Part shown: positions 15,974 to 24,617 of the stretch, in pieces | Position numbering within the stretch: position 1 is the stretch's first letter | Layout: each line of letters starts with the position of its first letter | The notes under the pieces: model-generated | The model's input: only the letters and a program-made list of their open reading frames with translations | Database searches by the model: none | What the model was told of the DNA's origin: nothing | Program-made: the position numbers and the translations under genes | Assembly (NCBI GenBank): GCA_028700115.1 | Contig: JAQVTI010000005.1 | Span: 1 to 32,000 of the forward strand | Length of the DNA stretch: 32,000 nucleotides | Reading direction: 5' to 3' | Source of the DNA: Candidatus Iainarchaeum sp. | GTDB taxonomy: Archaea; Iainarchaeota; Iainarchaeia; Iainarchaeales; CSSED10-239

Positions 15974-17722
15974 CTAATTATTTTGTAAATCAAAAATACG
16001 ATTTATCTCTTCTGAAGTTGTTGTTTGAAAACAAGTCTTATCAGTTCTAAATTTAATAAACCTTGGAAATCTTAAAGCAAGACCAGTTTTTTTAATATTA
16101 CTATAACAACAAGTATGTAAATTACTAAAAGTAATATCATCAAAATTAATTTCAACAATTATTTTTGGCAAAACATAATAATCTGGTTCTATATTTGTAC
16201 ATATATTTATAGGCTTATAAGAAAGTTTATCTTTTTCAAAAATATTACAAAGATATTTAAGAATATCATCACTAAGTCCAGATCCAAGTTTTGCGATAGT
16301 TTTATATTTTTCATCAAAAGAATCATAAATACCCATTAATAATGCCCCAACTTTATTTTCAGATCTTTTTCCTTGTCCTAAAAATACTCCTAATATAACC
16401 GCATCTATTGTATCTAAAGAATTATTATAATAAGATTTTTTAAATTTAATCCAATTAAAACCACGAGAACCAGCTTTATATGAAGAATCTAAATCTTTTG
16501 CAATTATACCTTCAAATCCATTTTCAATTCTATTATTAAAAAAATCTTCTAATTCTTTCACATTTTTTGTAATAATTATTTCTGTGGGTTTAATAATTTC
16601 AGAAATATTAAAATATTTTTCAATAATTTTTCTTCTTTCTAAATTTGATAAAGAAAAAGTTTCTTTATCTTTAAAATAAATAATATCAAAAACCTTTAAA
16701 TGTAAAGGAAGTTTTTTAGATTTTTCAAAAATATCATATTTTCTTTTTCTTTGCATAGTTATTTGAAAAGGTAAATATCTATTATTAATATAATCATATG
16801 CAATTGCTTCACAATCAATTATAAAATCAAAATTAATTTTTTTAATTTCTTCAACAATATCTGGAAACATATTACTCATTTCTTCTTGATTTCTTGAAAA
16901 AATTTTAATTACTTGCCCAAATTTATGAATTTGTTGCCTAAAACCATCAATTTTAGAATCAACTATAAATTCTTTATTTTCAGGTCCAGAAAGCCTTTTT
17001 ACAATTTCTGAAAAATTCTTTGCTCTTTCACAAAGTGCAGACTTAAAGGGCACAAATTTTTCTAAAGATAAATTTTCTAAAAATAAAATTCCTTTTTCTT
17101 TAATAATTTTAGATAAATATCCAAGATCTGAAATTATCTCATATTTTATAGAAATTATTTCTCTAGATTTTTTTTGATCTATAGAATCATCTAAAAAAGA
17201 AAGTGCATCAATTATTGTAGAATCCCCAAAACCAAGTCTAAAAGAAATAGGAAATCTTATAATATATTTTGCTGAAATTTTATCTAGGTTAAAAAGAATT
17301 GATTCAAAAATTTGTAATTTTTTAAAAATCGCATTTTTTCCATCAATATTAGATATCTTTTCTAAAGCTAAATAAACATCTAAAAATTCAAGTTCTTTTG
17401 AAAAAAGAGTTTTTTGAAAAACTTTAGATTCTAAAGAAGTAATAACAATTCCTAAATCTCCTTTTTTATTAAGTTCTTTTTTCACAGCAACAGTTGTTTG
17501 TCCAAGATATTTTGCAATTAAATTAATTAATGTTTTTGGACCTATATTTATTTCTTTTCCTTTATAAATAGGACCAATTGTCCCTTGTAAAAAATAAACT
17601 AATTTAGAAAGTTCTTCAGAATTAACTTTTAAAAAAATTTCTTTTAAAATACTTGCAATTTCTAATCTTGAAGAAGTTTTTTCAATTTTTTCAAAATATA
17701 AACAAATCTCTTTAAATTTCAT
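15974..17722 (-). CDS. lig: ATP-dependent DNA ligase
   Basis: The 582-aa product has the adenylation motif I (VDSKIDGFRQQIHK), followed by FIIDCEAIAYD, EGIIAKDLDSSYKAGSRGFNWIKFK and ALRFPRFIKFRTDK (motif VI). Confidence 0.95.
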   Translation of the reverse strand: MKFKEICLYFEKIEKTSSRLEIASILKEIFLKVNSEELSKLVYFLQGTIGPIYKGKEINIGPKTLINLIAKYLGQTTVAVKKELNKKGDLGIVITSLESKVFQKTLFSKELEFLDVYLALEKISNIDGKNAIFKKLQIFESILFNLDKISAKYIIRFPISFRLGFGDSTIIDALSFLDDSIDQKKSREIISIKYEIISDLGYLSKIIKEKGILFLENLSLEKFVPFKSALCERAKNFSEIVKRLSGPENKEFIVDSKIDGFRQQIHKFGQVIKIFSRNQEEMSNMFPDIVEEIKKINFDFIIDCEAIAYDYINNRYLPFQITMQRKRKYDIFEKSKKLPLHLKVFDIIYFKDKETFSLSNLERRKIIEKYFNISEIIKPTEIIITKNVKELEDFFNNRIENGFEGIIAKDLDSSYKAGSRGFNWIKFKKSYYNNSLDTIDAVILGVFLGQGKRSENKVGALLMGIYDSFDEKYKTIAKLGSGLSDDILKYLCNIFEKDKLSYKPINICTNIEPDYYVLPKIIVEINFDDITFSNLHTCCYSNIKKTGLALRFPRFIKFRTDKTCFQTTTSEEINRIFDLQNN

Positions 17723-17798
17723 AAAAATATAATAATAGAAAAAGCTTAAAAAACAAATGAATATAAAAAATAAAGATAAATATATATGTAATCAAAAA

Positions 17799-19262
17799 CT
17801 AATATGATTTTCCTATATATACAATACAATTTGCCTTTTTACCACAAACAACACAAGTATCATTTTCATCAGGATTTTCATCAAAATCCATTCTAATTCC
17901 TCTAATATCTGCTCCTTTTGTATCAAATTTAATTTTATCTGCACATTCTTTTCCATCTTCTATTGAGCAAAATGGAACTCTAATTATTTTATTTTCTTTA
18001 TCTAAAATTTCTAAAAGATCATTATAATTATCAACAGTTACAATTTTTTCAGAAAATTCTAAATCTGCTTGCTTTTTTAAATTATTTGTAAATTCTAATG
18101 AAATTTTTTTAATTTCATCATAAATATCTGCAATATAAATCTTAATTTTTTCATTAAAATCTCTTCTAAAAACAGTTATTGTCCCTTGAAAAATATCTTT
18201 TGGTCCAATTTCTATTCTTAAAGGAACTCCTTTCATTTCATAATATGAGAATCTTTCTTTTGGGGTTTTTTCTTTATCATCATCAATTTTTACTCTATAT
18301 CCAATTTTATCTAAATTTTCTGCAATATCTAAACACATTTCTTCAATTTTTTGATTATCTGCATCACTAAAATATAATGGTAAAATAATTATTTGTATAG
18401 GTGCAAGCTCAAAAGGGAGTCTCAAACCATTACAATCTCCATGAACACCAATCATACCACCATAAATTCTAGAAATTGCAGGACCATAACATGTCCCAAA
18501 TGCAAATTTTTCTTTTTCATCTCTATCTTTAAATTTAACATTAAATGTTTCTGTAAATTTTGTTCCTAAAAGATGAGTTGAAGGAAGTTGTAAAATTTTA
18601 CCATTTGGTAAAATAACATCTGCTGCATAAGTATTTATTGCACCAGGAAATTTATCCCATTGTGGTCTTTTAAAAAAAATAAATGGTATTCCAAAAGTAT
18701 CATGAAGCATTTCTTCAGTAATTTGCATATCTTCTAAAACTTGTTCTTCTGCATCTTCTAAAGTTTCAAAAATATTATGAGATTCATACCAATAAAATTC
18801 TCTACCTCTTATAAATGGTTTAGTTGCTTTTGATTCATATCTGAAAACATTTGCTCTTTGATAAGTTTTTAATGGTAAATCTTTATAACTTTTAAGCCAA
18901 TAACTAAACATATAATAAAATGCAGTTTCAGAAGTTGGTCTTAAAGCATATTTATTTTCAAAATTTTCATTACCATGTTGTGTAACCCAAAAAACTTCTG
19001 GAGAAAAACCTTCTACATGTTCTGATTCTTTTAAAAAATTTTCTTCAGGTATTAATGTTGGAAGAATTAATTGTTGATGTCCTGTTTCATTAAATTTATC
19101 TTCATAAACTCTAAACATATAGCTAATTGAAAAAACAGACCATGGTCTAAAAACTACTAATCCTTTAATATTATATCTTATATCTGCAAGTTCTGCTTTA
19201 TAGATAATATCATTAAACCATTCATTAAAGTCTTCTATTTTATATTTTTCTTCACTAACCAT
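17799..19262 (-). CDS. proS: Prolyl-tRNA synthetase (archaeal/eukaryotic type)
   Basis: The product contains ...GLVVFRPWS..., LRPTSETAFYYMF, the class II motifs FRYESKATKPFIRGREFYWYESH and TCYGPAISRIYGGMIGVHGD, and a C-terminal Cys motif ending ...IGKSY. The track start (19271) is a GTG inside a TGTGA SD-like motif. The ATG is at 19262 (MVSEEKYK). Confidence 0.95.
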   Translation of the reverse strand: MVSEEKYKIEDFNEWFNDIIYKAELADIRYNIKGLVVFRPWSVFSISYMFRVYEDKFNETGHQQLILPTLIPEENFLKESEHVEGFSPEVFWVTQHGNENFENKYALRPTSETAFYYMFSYWLKSYKDLPLKTYQRANVFRYESKATKPFIRGREFYWYESHNIFETLEDAEEQVLEDMQITEEMLHDTFGIPFIFFKRPQWDKFPGAINTYAADVILPNGKILQLPSTHLLGTKFTETFNVKFKDRDEKEKFAFGTCYGPAISRIYGGMIGVHGDCNGLRLPFELAPIQIIILPLYFSDADNQKIEEMCLDIAENLDKIGYRVKIDDDKEKTPKERFSYYEMKGVPLRIEIGPKDIFQGTITVFRRDFNEKIKIYIADIYDEIKKISLEFTNNLKKQADLEFSEKIVTVDNYNDLLEILDKENKIIRVPFCSIEDGKECADKIKFDTKGADIRGIRMDFDENPDENDTCVVCGKKANCIVYIGKSY

Positions 19263-19459
19263 ATATTTCACATATTTTAATTTAATATTTTTTAGGATTT
19301 ATTTAGATTTATTAGAAAATATATATTTTTAAATAAATAATTTAAAAAATTATTAAATATTAAAATAAATCTAAATTAATATATAAACTAATTTTAAATA
19401 TATATATAGTTTATATATATTATATAAATATATAAAACACAATTTAAATATATCTAAAT

Positions 19460-20323
19460 TTATTTTATATAATATTCTCTTAAAACATCATTTAAAACTT
19501 TAGTTCTAGCAAAAATATCTTTTAAATTATTAGAAACTAATATATTTAATTCTTTTCTTTCATTTTTCATTTTTTTTAAATTTATATTAAAATTATTTAT
19601 ATTATTATTAATTTCTTCAATTTTAGAATTTAATTCTGAAATAATTCTATATTTTATTTTTTGTTGATATTTGTTTTCTTCACTAGAAATTGAATCAAGA
19701 GATCTAGAAAAATAATATTCTTTTTTTGCTTCTTCTTTTAATTTTATTTTTTTAAGATTTTGTTGATTTATAAATTCAGTGATATTTTTTTTATTAAAAT
19801 GATTAATATATTCTATATGTTTATATAATTTATTAAGATTAGAACTATTTTCTAAATATAATTTTAAATTTAAATTAAACATTTTTAAAATTATTTTTTC
19901 ACTAGTATTCAATTTACCTGATTTTGAAAAATAACCATATATTTCTTTAAAGAAAGAATATACCTCTGTATTAGATTTGAAAATTGAATTGCTTTCTGGA
20001 ATTTTAGGCAAAGACGAAAATTTATATTTATCTTTAATATATTTTAAAAAATCTAGTGAATTTTTTGAATTATAATTAAATAATTCTAAATTATGAATAG
20101 ATGCATTTCTAAGATCTGCTTTATAATAATTTCCAAATCTAGATTCTTTTACATTTAAATAGTTATAAAAATTTATATTCTTATATTCTTCAAATTTATT
20201 TTTAAAAAAAGAAATTTTTGGTTTTAAATATTCAGAAGTTTTTTTAAACCTAATTTTTAATTGATTCTTATTTTTTTCAGAGTTAGATTTTTTATTATTT
20301 TTATTTGAATTATTTTTAATCAT
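19460..20323 (-). CDS. Hypothetical Asn/Lys-rich protein (287 aa)
   Basis: This is a long ORF with no recognisable family. The first 23 codons of the track ORF (up to 20392) overlap the tRNA-Pro gene and read through its GC-rich sequence, so I start the gene at the ATG at 20323 (MIKNNSNKNNKK...). The C-terminal third looks coiled-coil-like. Confidence 0.55.
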   Translation of the reverse strand: MIKNNSNKNNKKSNSEKNKNQLKIRFKKTSEYLKPKISFFKNKFEEYKNINFYNYLNVKESRFGNYYKADLRNASIHNLELFNYNSKNSLDFLKYIKDKYKFSSLPKIPESNSIFKSNTEVYSFFKEIYGYFSKSGKLNTSEKIILKMFNLNLKLYLENSSNLNKLYKHIEYINHFNKKNITEFINQQNLKKIKLKEEAKKEYYFSRSLDSISSEENKYQQKIKYRIISELNSKIEEINNNINNFNINLKKMKNERKELNILVSNNLKDIFARTKVLNDVLREYYIK

Positions 20324-20352
20324 AAAAATCAAATTATTAAAGATAATATAAA

Positions 20353-20427
20353 TGGGACCACCCCGATTTGAACGGGGGTCGAAAGCTCCCAAAGCTCACA
20401 TGCTAGACCAGGCTACACCATGGCCCC
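20353..20427 (-). tRNA. tRNA-Pro (anticodon UGG), 75 nt, no encoded CCA
   Basis: This is the only GC-rich island in the region. The minus strand folds as a cloverleaf: GGGGCCA TG GTGT AGCCTGGTCTA GCAT G TGAGC TTTGGGA GCTTT CGAC CCCCG TTCAAAT CGGGG TGGTCCC A. The acceptor stem has 7 bp (one G-U). The T-arm is 5 bp with a canonical TTCAAAT loop. The anticodon loop is T-T-TGG-G-A. Confidence 0.9.
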
Positions 20428-20593
20428 TTTTAAGATTTATATTATATTTTTAAAATATGATATATATCTATATAATATAGAAACAATATGTTTATAAATA
20501 AATTTTTTTAAAAAAAATAATGTTTTAGAAATAAATCCTAATAAAATATGATTTTTTACAATAAATTATATTTATATCTATATTAAATATATT

Positions 20594-21706
20594 TTATTTA
20601 TTCCAAAGATCCCAATATTTATTAAAATAATTAATATACTCTTTTGTAATATTTTCGTCATAAATAAAAATTATACTTTCATCATTATTTGAAATTCCAT
20701 TATTAGACAAATTCATAGAACCAGTCATAACAAAAGAATTATCAAAAATACAAAATTTATTATGCATACTTTCTGGATTTTTATCTTTTATTGTAAATAT
20801 ATTTTTATCAATTAATCTATCAAATTCTGAATAATTATCAATAGTTCTACTTTCTAAAATAAACCTTGAAGGAATTTCCTTAGAAGAAATAATATCTGTA
20901 ACTTCATCAATTGTAAAACTAAAAAACATACAATCAATAGAATTAGCAACTTCTAATTTTTCTAAAAAATGAGAATAACAATCTTCTTCTGGACAAAAAT
21001 AGGTTTCTATATTCCCAAATTGATTTATATAATAATTATTTTTTAGATCTAAACTAAAATTACCATCAAAAAAAGAATCTATTTTTTTCTTAAAAAACAA
21101 TGCTAATTCTTTATCTTCTAAAATTAAAATATTATTATTATTTTTATATACCCCATTTAATGTAAAATTCATAGAACCAATAAATATTTTTTTATTATCA
21201 AAAACACAAAATTTATTATGCATATAAGAAGAACTAGATGGATTAGATATTACAAAAATATTATTTGCTTTTAAATCCCCAATTTTAGAAGTTTTTGTAG
21301 AAGATCTTAAATAATCAGTCACAATTCTTACTTCTAAACCTTCTTTTTTTTTATCAATTAAAGAAGATGAAACTGCATCTAAACTAATATCATAAATCGC
21401 ACAATCAATACTTTCTTTTGAAGAATTAATTAAATTAATTAATTCAACTTCACAATTATCTTCTGGACAAAAATAAACTTCGCTATCAATTATTCTATCT
21501 TTAGACCCATAAACAATTTTATTTTTTAAATCCCCATAAATAATAGATGGTTTTTCTTTAATATTATTAATATCTATATTTATTAAATAATCTGAATTTA
21601 AATCAACTTTAGATAAATCTGTATTTTCTTCTCCAAAAAAAGAAATAATAATTAATAAAACTACAAAAAGTATTAAAATCCAAGTAATTATTTTCCCAAA
21701 ATTCAT
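20594..21706 (-). CDS. Phospholipase D / Nuc-like superfamily protein with two HKD motifs and an N-terminal membrane anchor
   Basis: Two HxK(x4)D-type motifs are present: HNKFCVFDNKKIFIGSMNFT and HNKFCIFDNSFVMTGSMNLS. Each is preceded by a similar YFCPE(D/E)(N/D)C...SIDC segment, indicating an internal duplication. The N-terminus IITWILILFVVLLIIISFF is a hydrophobic helix. Confidence 0.85.
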   Translation of the reverse strand: MNFGKIITWILILFVVLLIIISFFGEENTDLSKVDLNSDYLINIDINNIKEKPSIIYGDLKNKIVYGSKDRIIDSEVYFCPEDNCEVELINLINSSKESIDCAIYDISLDAVSSSLIDKKKEGLEVRIVTDYLRSSTKTSKIGDLKANNIFVISNPSSSSYMHNKFCVFDNKKIFIGSMNFTLNGVYKNNNNILILEDKELALFFKKKIDSFFDGNFSLDLKNNYYINQFGNIETYFCPEEDCYSHFLEKLEVANSIDCMFFSFTIDEVTDIISSKEIPSRFILESRTIDNYSEFDRLIDKNIFTIKDKNPESMHNKFCIFDNSFVMTGSMNLSNNGISNNDESIIFIYDENITKEYINYFNKYWDLWNK

Positions 21707-21787
21707 AATTTATCACATAAATATATTATTTTTTAAATAAAAATTTTATAAATAAAAAATTTAAAAAAAAAGAGCTAATTAGAAAAA

Positions 21788-24472
21788 TTAAATAAATTTT
21801 CCACAAAAAAGATCTTTTCCCCCACCTTTTATTTTTTTAGAAACTTTATTTTCTAAATCTGAAATAATTTCAGAAATTTCAATTTGTGATTTAGGTCCTT
21901 TCCATATAAATACATTTAAATTATTATTATATATTGCAATAGTCTTATCTTGTGATTTAGAAATATCCTTTAATTTTTTAAAAATTTTTAAAATTTCTGA
22001 ACTATCTAAATTAAATTTTGCAATTATTTTTTTATCTAAAGTAGAAATTATACTTTTTGTTTCATAATCTGCAATTTTATGTTCTAATTTTTCAATATTT
22101 TTTCTTTGTTCTTTCCACTCTTTAAAAAACACATTAACTGTTTTAAATAATTCTACAGAAGAAACTGACAAAATTTCACTAGTTTTATCTAAAATATTTT
22201 CTTTTTCTCTAATATATCTTAAAGCAGATTTATATGTTGTAAAAATAATCCTGACAACACCATCTTGAACTGAATTTCTTTTAATAATCTTAAAAACACC
22301 AACTTTAGATGTATTATTTAAATGAAGACCAGCACAAGCTTGAACATCAATACCTAAAATTTCAATAATTCTAAGAGAATTCCCTGGAATTGCACCACCT
22401 TGATATAATCTAAATCCATATTTTTTTTCAGCTAGATCTTTATCTAATGTAAAAATATTTATATCAATTGAATCAAATATCCAATTATTAACTAATTCTT
22501 CAATTTGTATAATTTCACTATCTGTGATAGCTTTATAATGAGTAATATCTAAATGTGCTTGGTTTATATCTTTATAAGCCCCAGCTTGCCAAATATGATT
22601 TCCTAAAATTTGTTTACAAGCTGCATTTAATAAATGAGTCCCAGTATGTTGAGATCTAAGTTGCCTTTGTCTATCTACATCTACTAAAAGAACTACTGCT
22701 TGTCCAACATTTAATGTTTTTTGAAAATTATCTAAAATATGTAAAATCTTACCTTCAAAATTATAAACTTCTAAAACATCAAAAGACCCATTAATAGTCC
22801 CTTTATCAAAAGACTGCCCTCCTCCTTCTGGATAAAAAACAGTTTGATCTAAAATAACCAAATTTTTAGATGCATATATGATTTTTGAAACACATTCTGT
22901 TTTATCTTCATAATATATTTTTTTTGTATTTGAAAGCATTTTAATAATTTCTACATTTTCTTTTTCTAAAAGTTTTTCAATTTTATTATTTTCTTTTATT
23001 TTTTCAGTTTCATTACTTTGAGATATTAATTCAAAATAATTAGATGGTATTTTAATTTCTTTTTTTAATTTTAAAGAAGTTTGAATTATTTGTTCTTTAG
23101 TTATTCCATCACTTTTATAAAACATAACCATATCTTTTAAAGAAATATCTTTTCCTGAAGAAAAAAATAATTCTAATTTTTGTTTTGCTTTTATTTGATT
23201 TTCTAAATATTTTTTTCGTTCTTCTTCTAAAATATCACATGCTGATTTATATCCTTTAATAATTGTAGGATCAAATTCTTTTAAAGAATCTATATGAATT
23301 TTAAAAATCTGATTTAAATCTAAATCAAAAGAATATTTTCTTTGCATATCAAATATCCTTCTAGCTAAAATTCTAAGATTATATCCCCCTCCAGAATTAC
23401 TTGGTAAAAGTCCATCTGTACAAGTATATAAAAGTGTTTTAGTATGATCTGCAATTGCATATAATGCAAAAATAGGATCTAAAATTTCAAATAATTCTTT
23501 TTTTGAATATCCTAAATTTTCTGCAATTTTTTCTTGTTCTTTTTCTAAATTTTTTACTTCATCTATATTTAATTTAGATGAATCTTTATAAAAAGCTAAA
23601 AGTAATTTTTTATCAAAATTAATTTTTGTTTTCTTTTTTAAATAATCTAATACTTCTTTAAAAGTAATATCATAACTAGTAGGAGTTCCATTTGTATACC
23701 AAACAAGTCTTTCATAACCTGCACCCATATCTATAACAGGTCTTTCTAATTTTTTATGAGTTCCATTTTTTAAATCTTGAAACTCCATAAAAACACAGTT
23801 TCCTAATTCCACTCCATTTGCAAAATATTCCATTGAAGGCCCAAAATAACCTCCACCTTCCCAAACATCTTCTTTAAAGATTAAGTCTTTTTCTTTAACT
23901 CCAATAACTTTAGTTAAATATTCAAAATCAAGACTAATTGCTTCTTCTTTAAAATATGGTTTTTTTGGATCTGTATTAAATGCATGTTGCCCAAACATAA
24001 CAAATGTTGTATAATGTGTTCCAGTAACTCCTACATTTGAAACATCTCCAAATCAAATAGAAGTCTGTGGGACAATTAAAGGATCTGCTGGAGGTTTAAC
24101 TTCTCCATTTACAACATATGGTTGAAAATCTATAATTGAGGCATTTGTAAAATACAAATCACTTCTCCATCTAGGTATAACTGGATATCTTGGAATTGAA
24201 GTATGTCCATTTTTTTCAAAGAACTTTTCTATTTTTTTCCAACATTCAGTATAACTATATTCTTTTGTTTTTTTACCTAAAAAAGAAACACCCATACAAG
24301 AAGAATCAGAACAAATTTCTTTAGAAGAATCAAGTGTCCAAAATGGATCTCCACAATTTTTACAAATTTTTCTTTCATATCCTAATTTAGTAAGAGCCTT
24401 AACTTGATAATGTTCCTTCCAGTTTTTTTCAAACATAGGTCTAACTTGCTTTTTAAGTAAAGTTTCTGCCAT
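21788..24472 (-). CDS. alaS: Alanyl-tRNA synthetase, one reading frame interrupted by a single in-frame TGA (codon 140)
   Basis: Track ORFs 24053..24481 and 21788..23998 are in the same frame. Conserved AlaRS sequence (FGDVSNVGVTGTHYTTFV) continues through the 54 nt between them. The downstream part carries the editing motifs HTGTHLL and CAGLH and the C-terminal GGGK motif. The ATG is at 24472 (MAETLLKK). The track start at 24481 is a GTG. Confidence 0.85.
24053..24055 (-). other. In-frame TGA within alaS, at the position of the conserved active-site Arg
   Basis: The minus strand reads GTC CCA CAG ACT TCT ATT TGA TTT GGA GAT GTT TCA AAT GTA GGA, which translates as V P Q T S I * F G D V S N V G. 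By my recall of the family, this aligns to Q-x-[CS]-[IV]-R-...-D-[IL]-x-N-V-G. Confidence 0.8.
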
Positions 24473-24617
24473 AATTTCCACATTTATAAATATATAAATA
24501 TATTTTAAAATATATAATATATATAAAGAAGTATTTGTTTTTAAACTTTATTAATTTATAAAAAAATAAAAATAAATATAAAAATAGAAATATTAAAAAA
24601 TATAAATTTTAAAAAAA

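Noticed and set aside
8166-17722. Inteins or large insertions in rpoA', rpoB or the DNA ligase
   Set aside because: The protein lengths (861, 485+605 and 582 aa) are normal for the families. The conserved motifs are contiguous, and I saw no intein splice-junction blocks.
18179-18370. A 63-aa plus-strand ORF inside proS
   Set aside because: It is an antisense shadow ORF within a conserved aaRS gene.
20324-20392. The N-terminal 23 codons of track ORF 19460..20392 (MGAFDPRSNRGGPIYIIFNNLIF)
   Set aside because: This segment reads through the tRNA-Pro gene (20353-20427), and the G/P/R-rich residues simply reflect the tRNA's GC-rich stems. I moved the start to the ATG at 20323.
24053-24055. The alaS TGA as selenocysteine, or as evidence for genetic code 4 (TGA=Trp) or 25 (TGA=Gly)
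   Set aside because: The aligned family position is an Arg, not a Cys/Sec site, and I see no reason for Sec in AlaRS. Codes 4 and 25 would produce many in-frame TGAs in an AT-rich genome. Yet roughly 9,800 other codons contain none, and Trp is encoded by TGG where I checked.
21788-24481. Treating the two alaS ORFs as a genuine split-gene pair (as reported for Nanoarchaeum)
   Set aside because: The two parts share a frame. Conserved AlaRS residues occupy the 18 codons between the TGA and the first downstream ATG, with no RBS or promoter between them. A clean split would have an independent start at the domain boundary.
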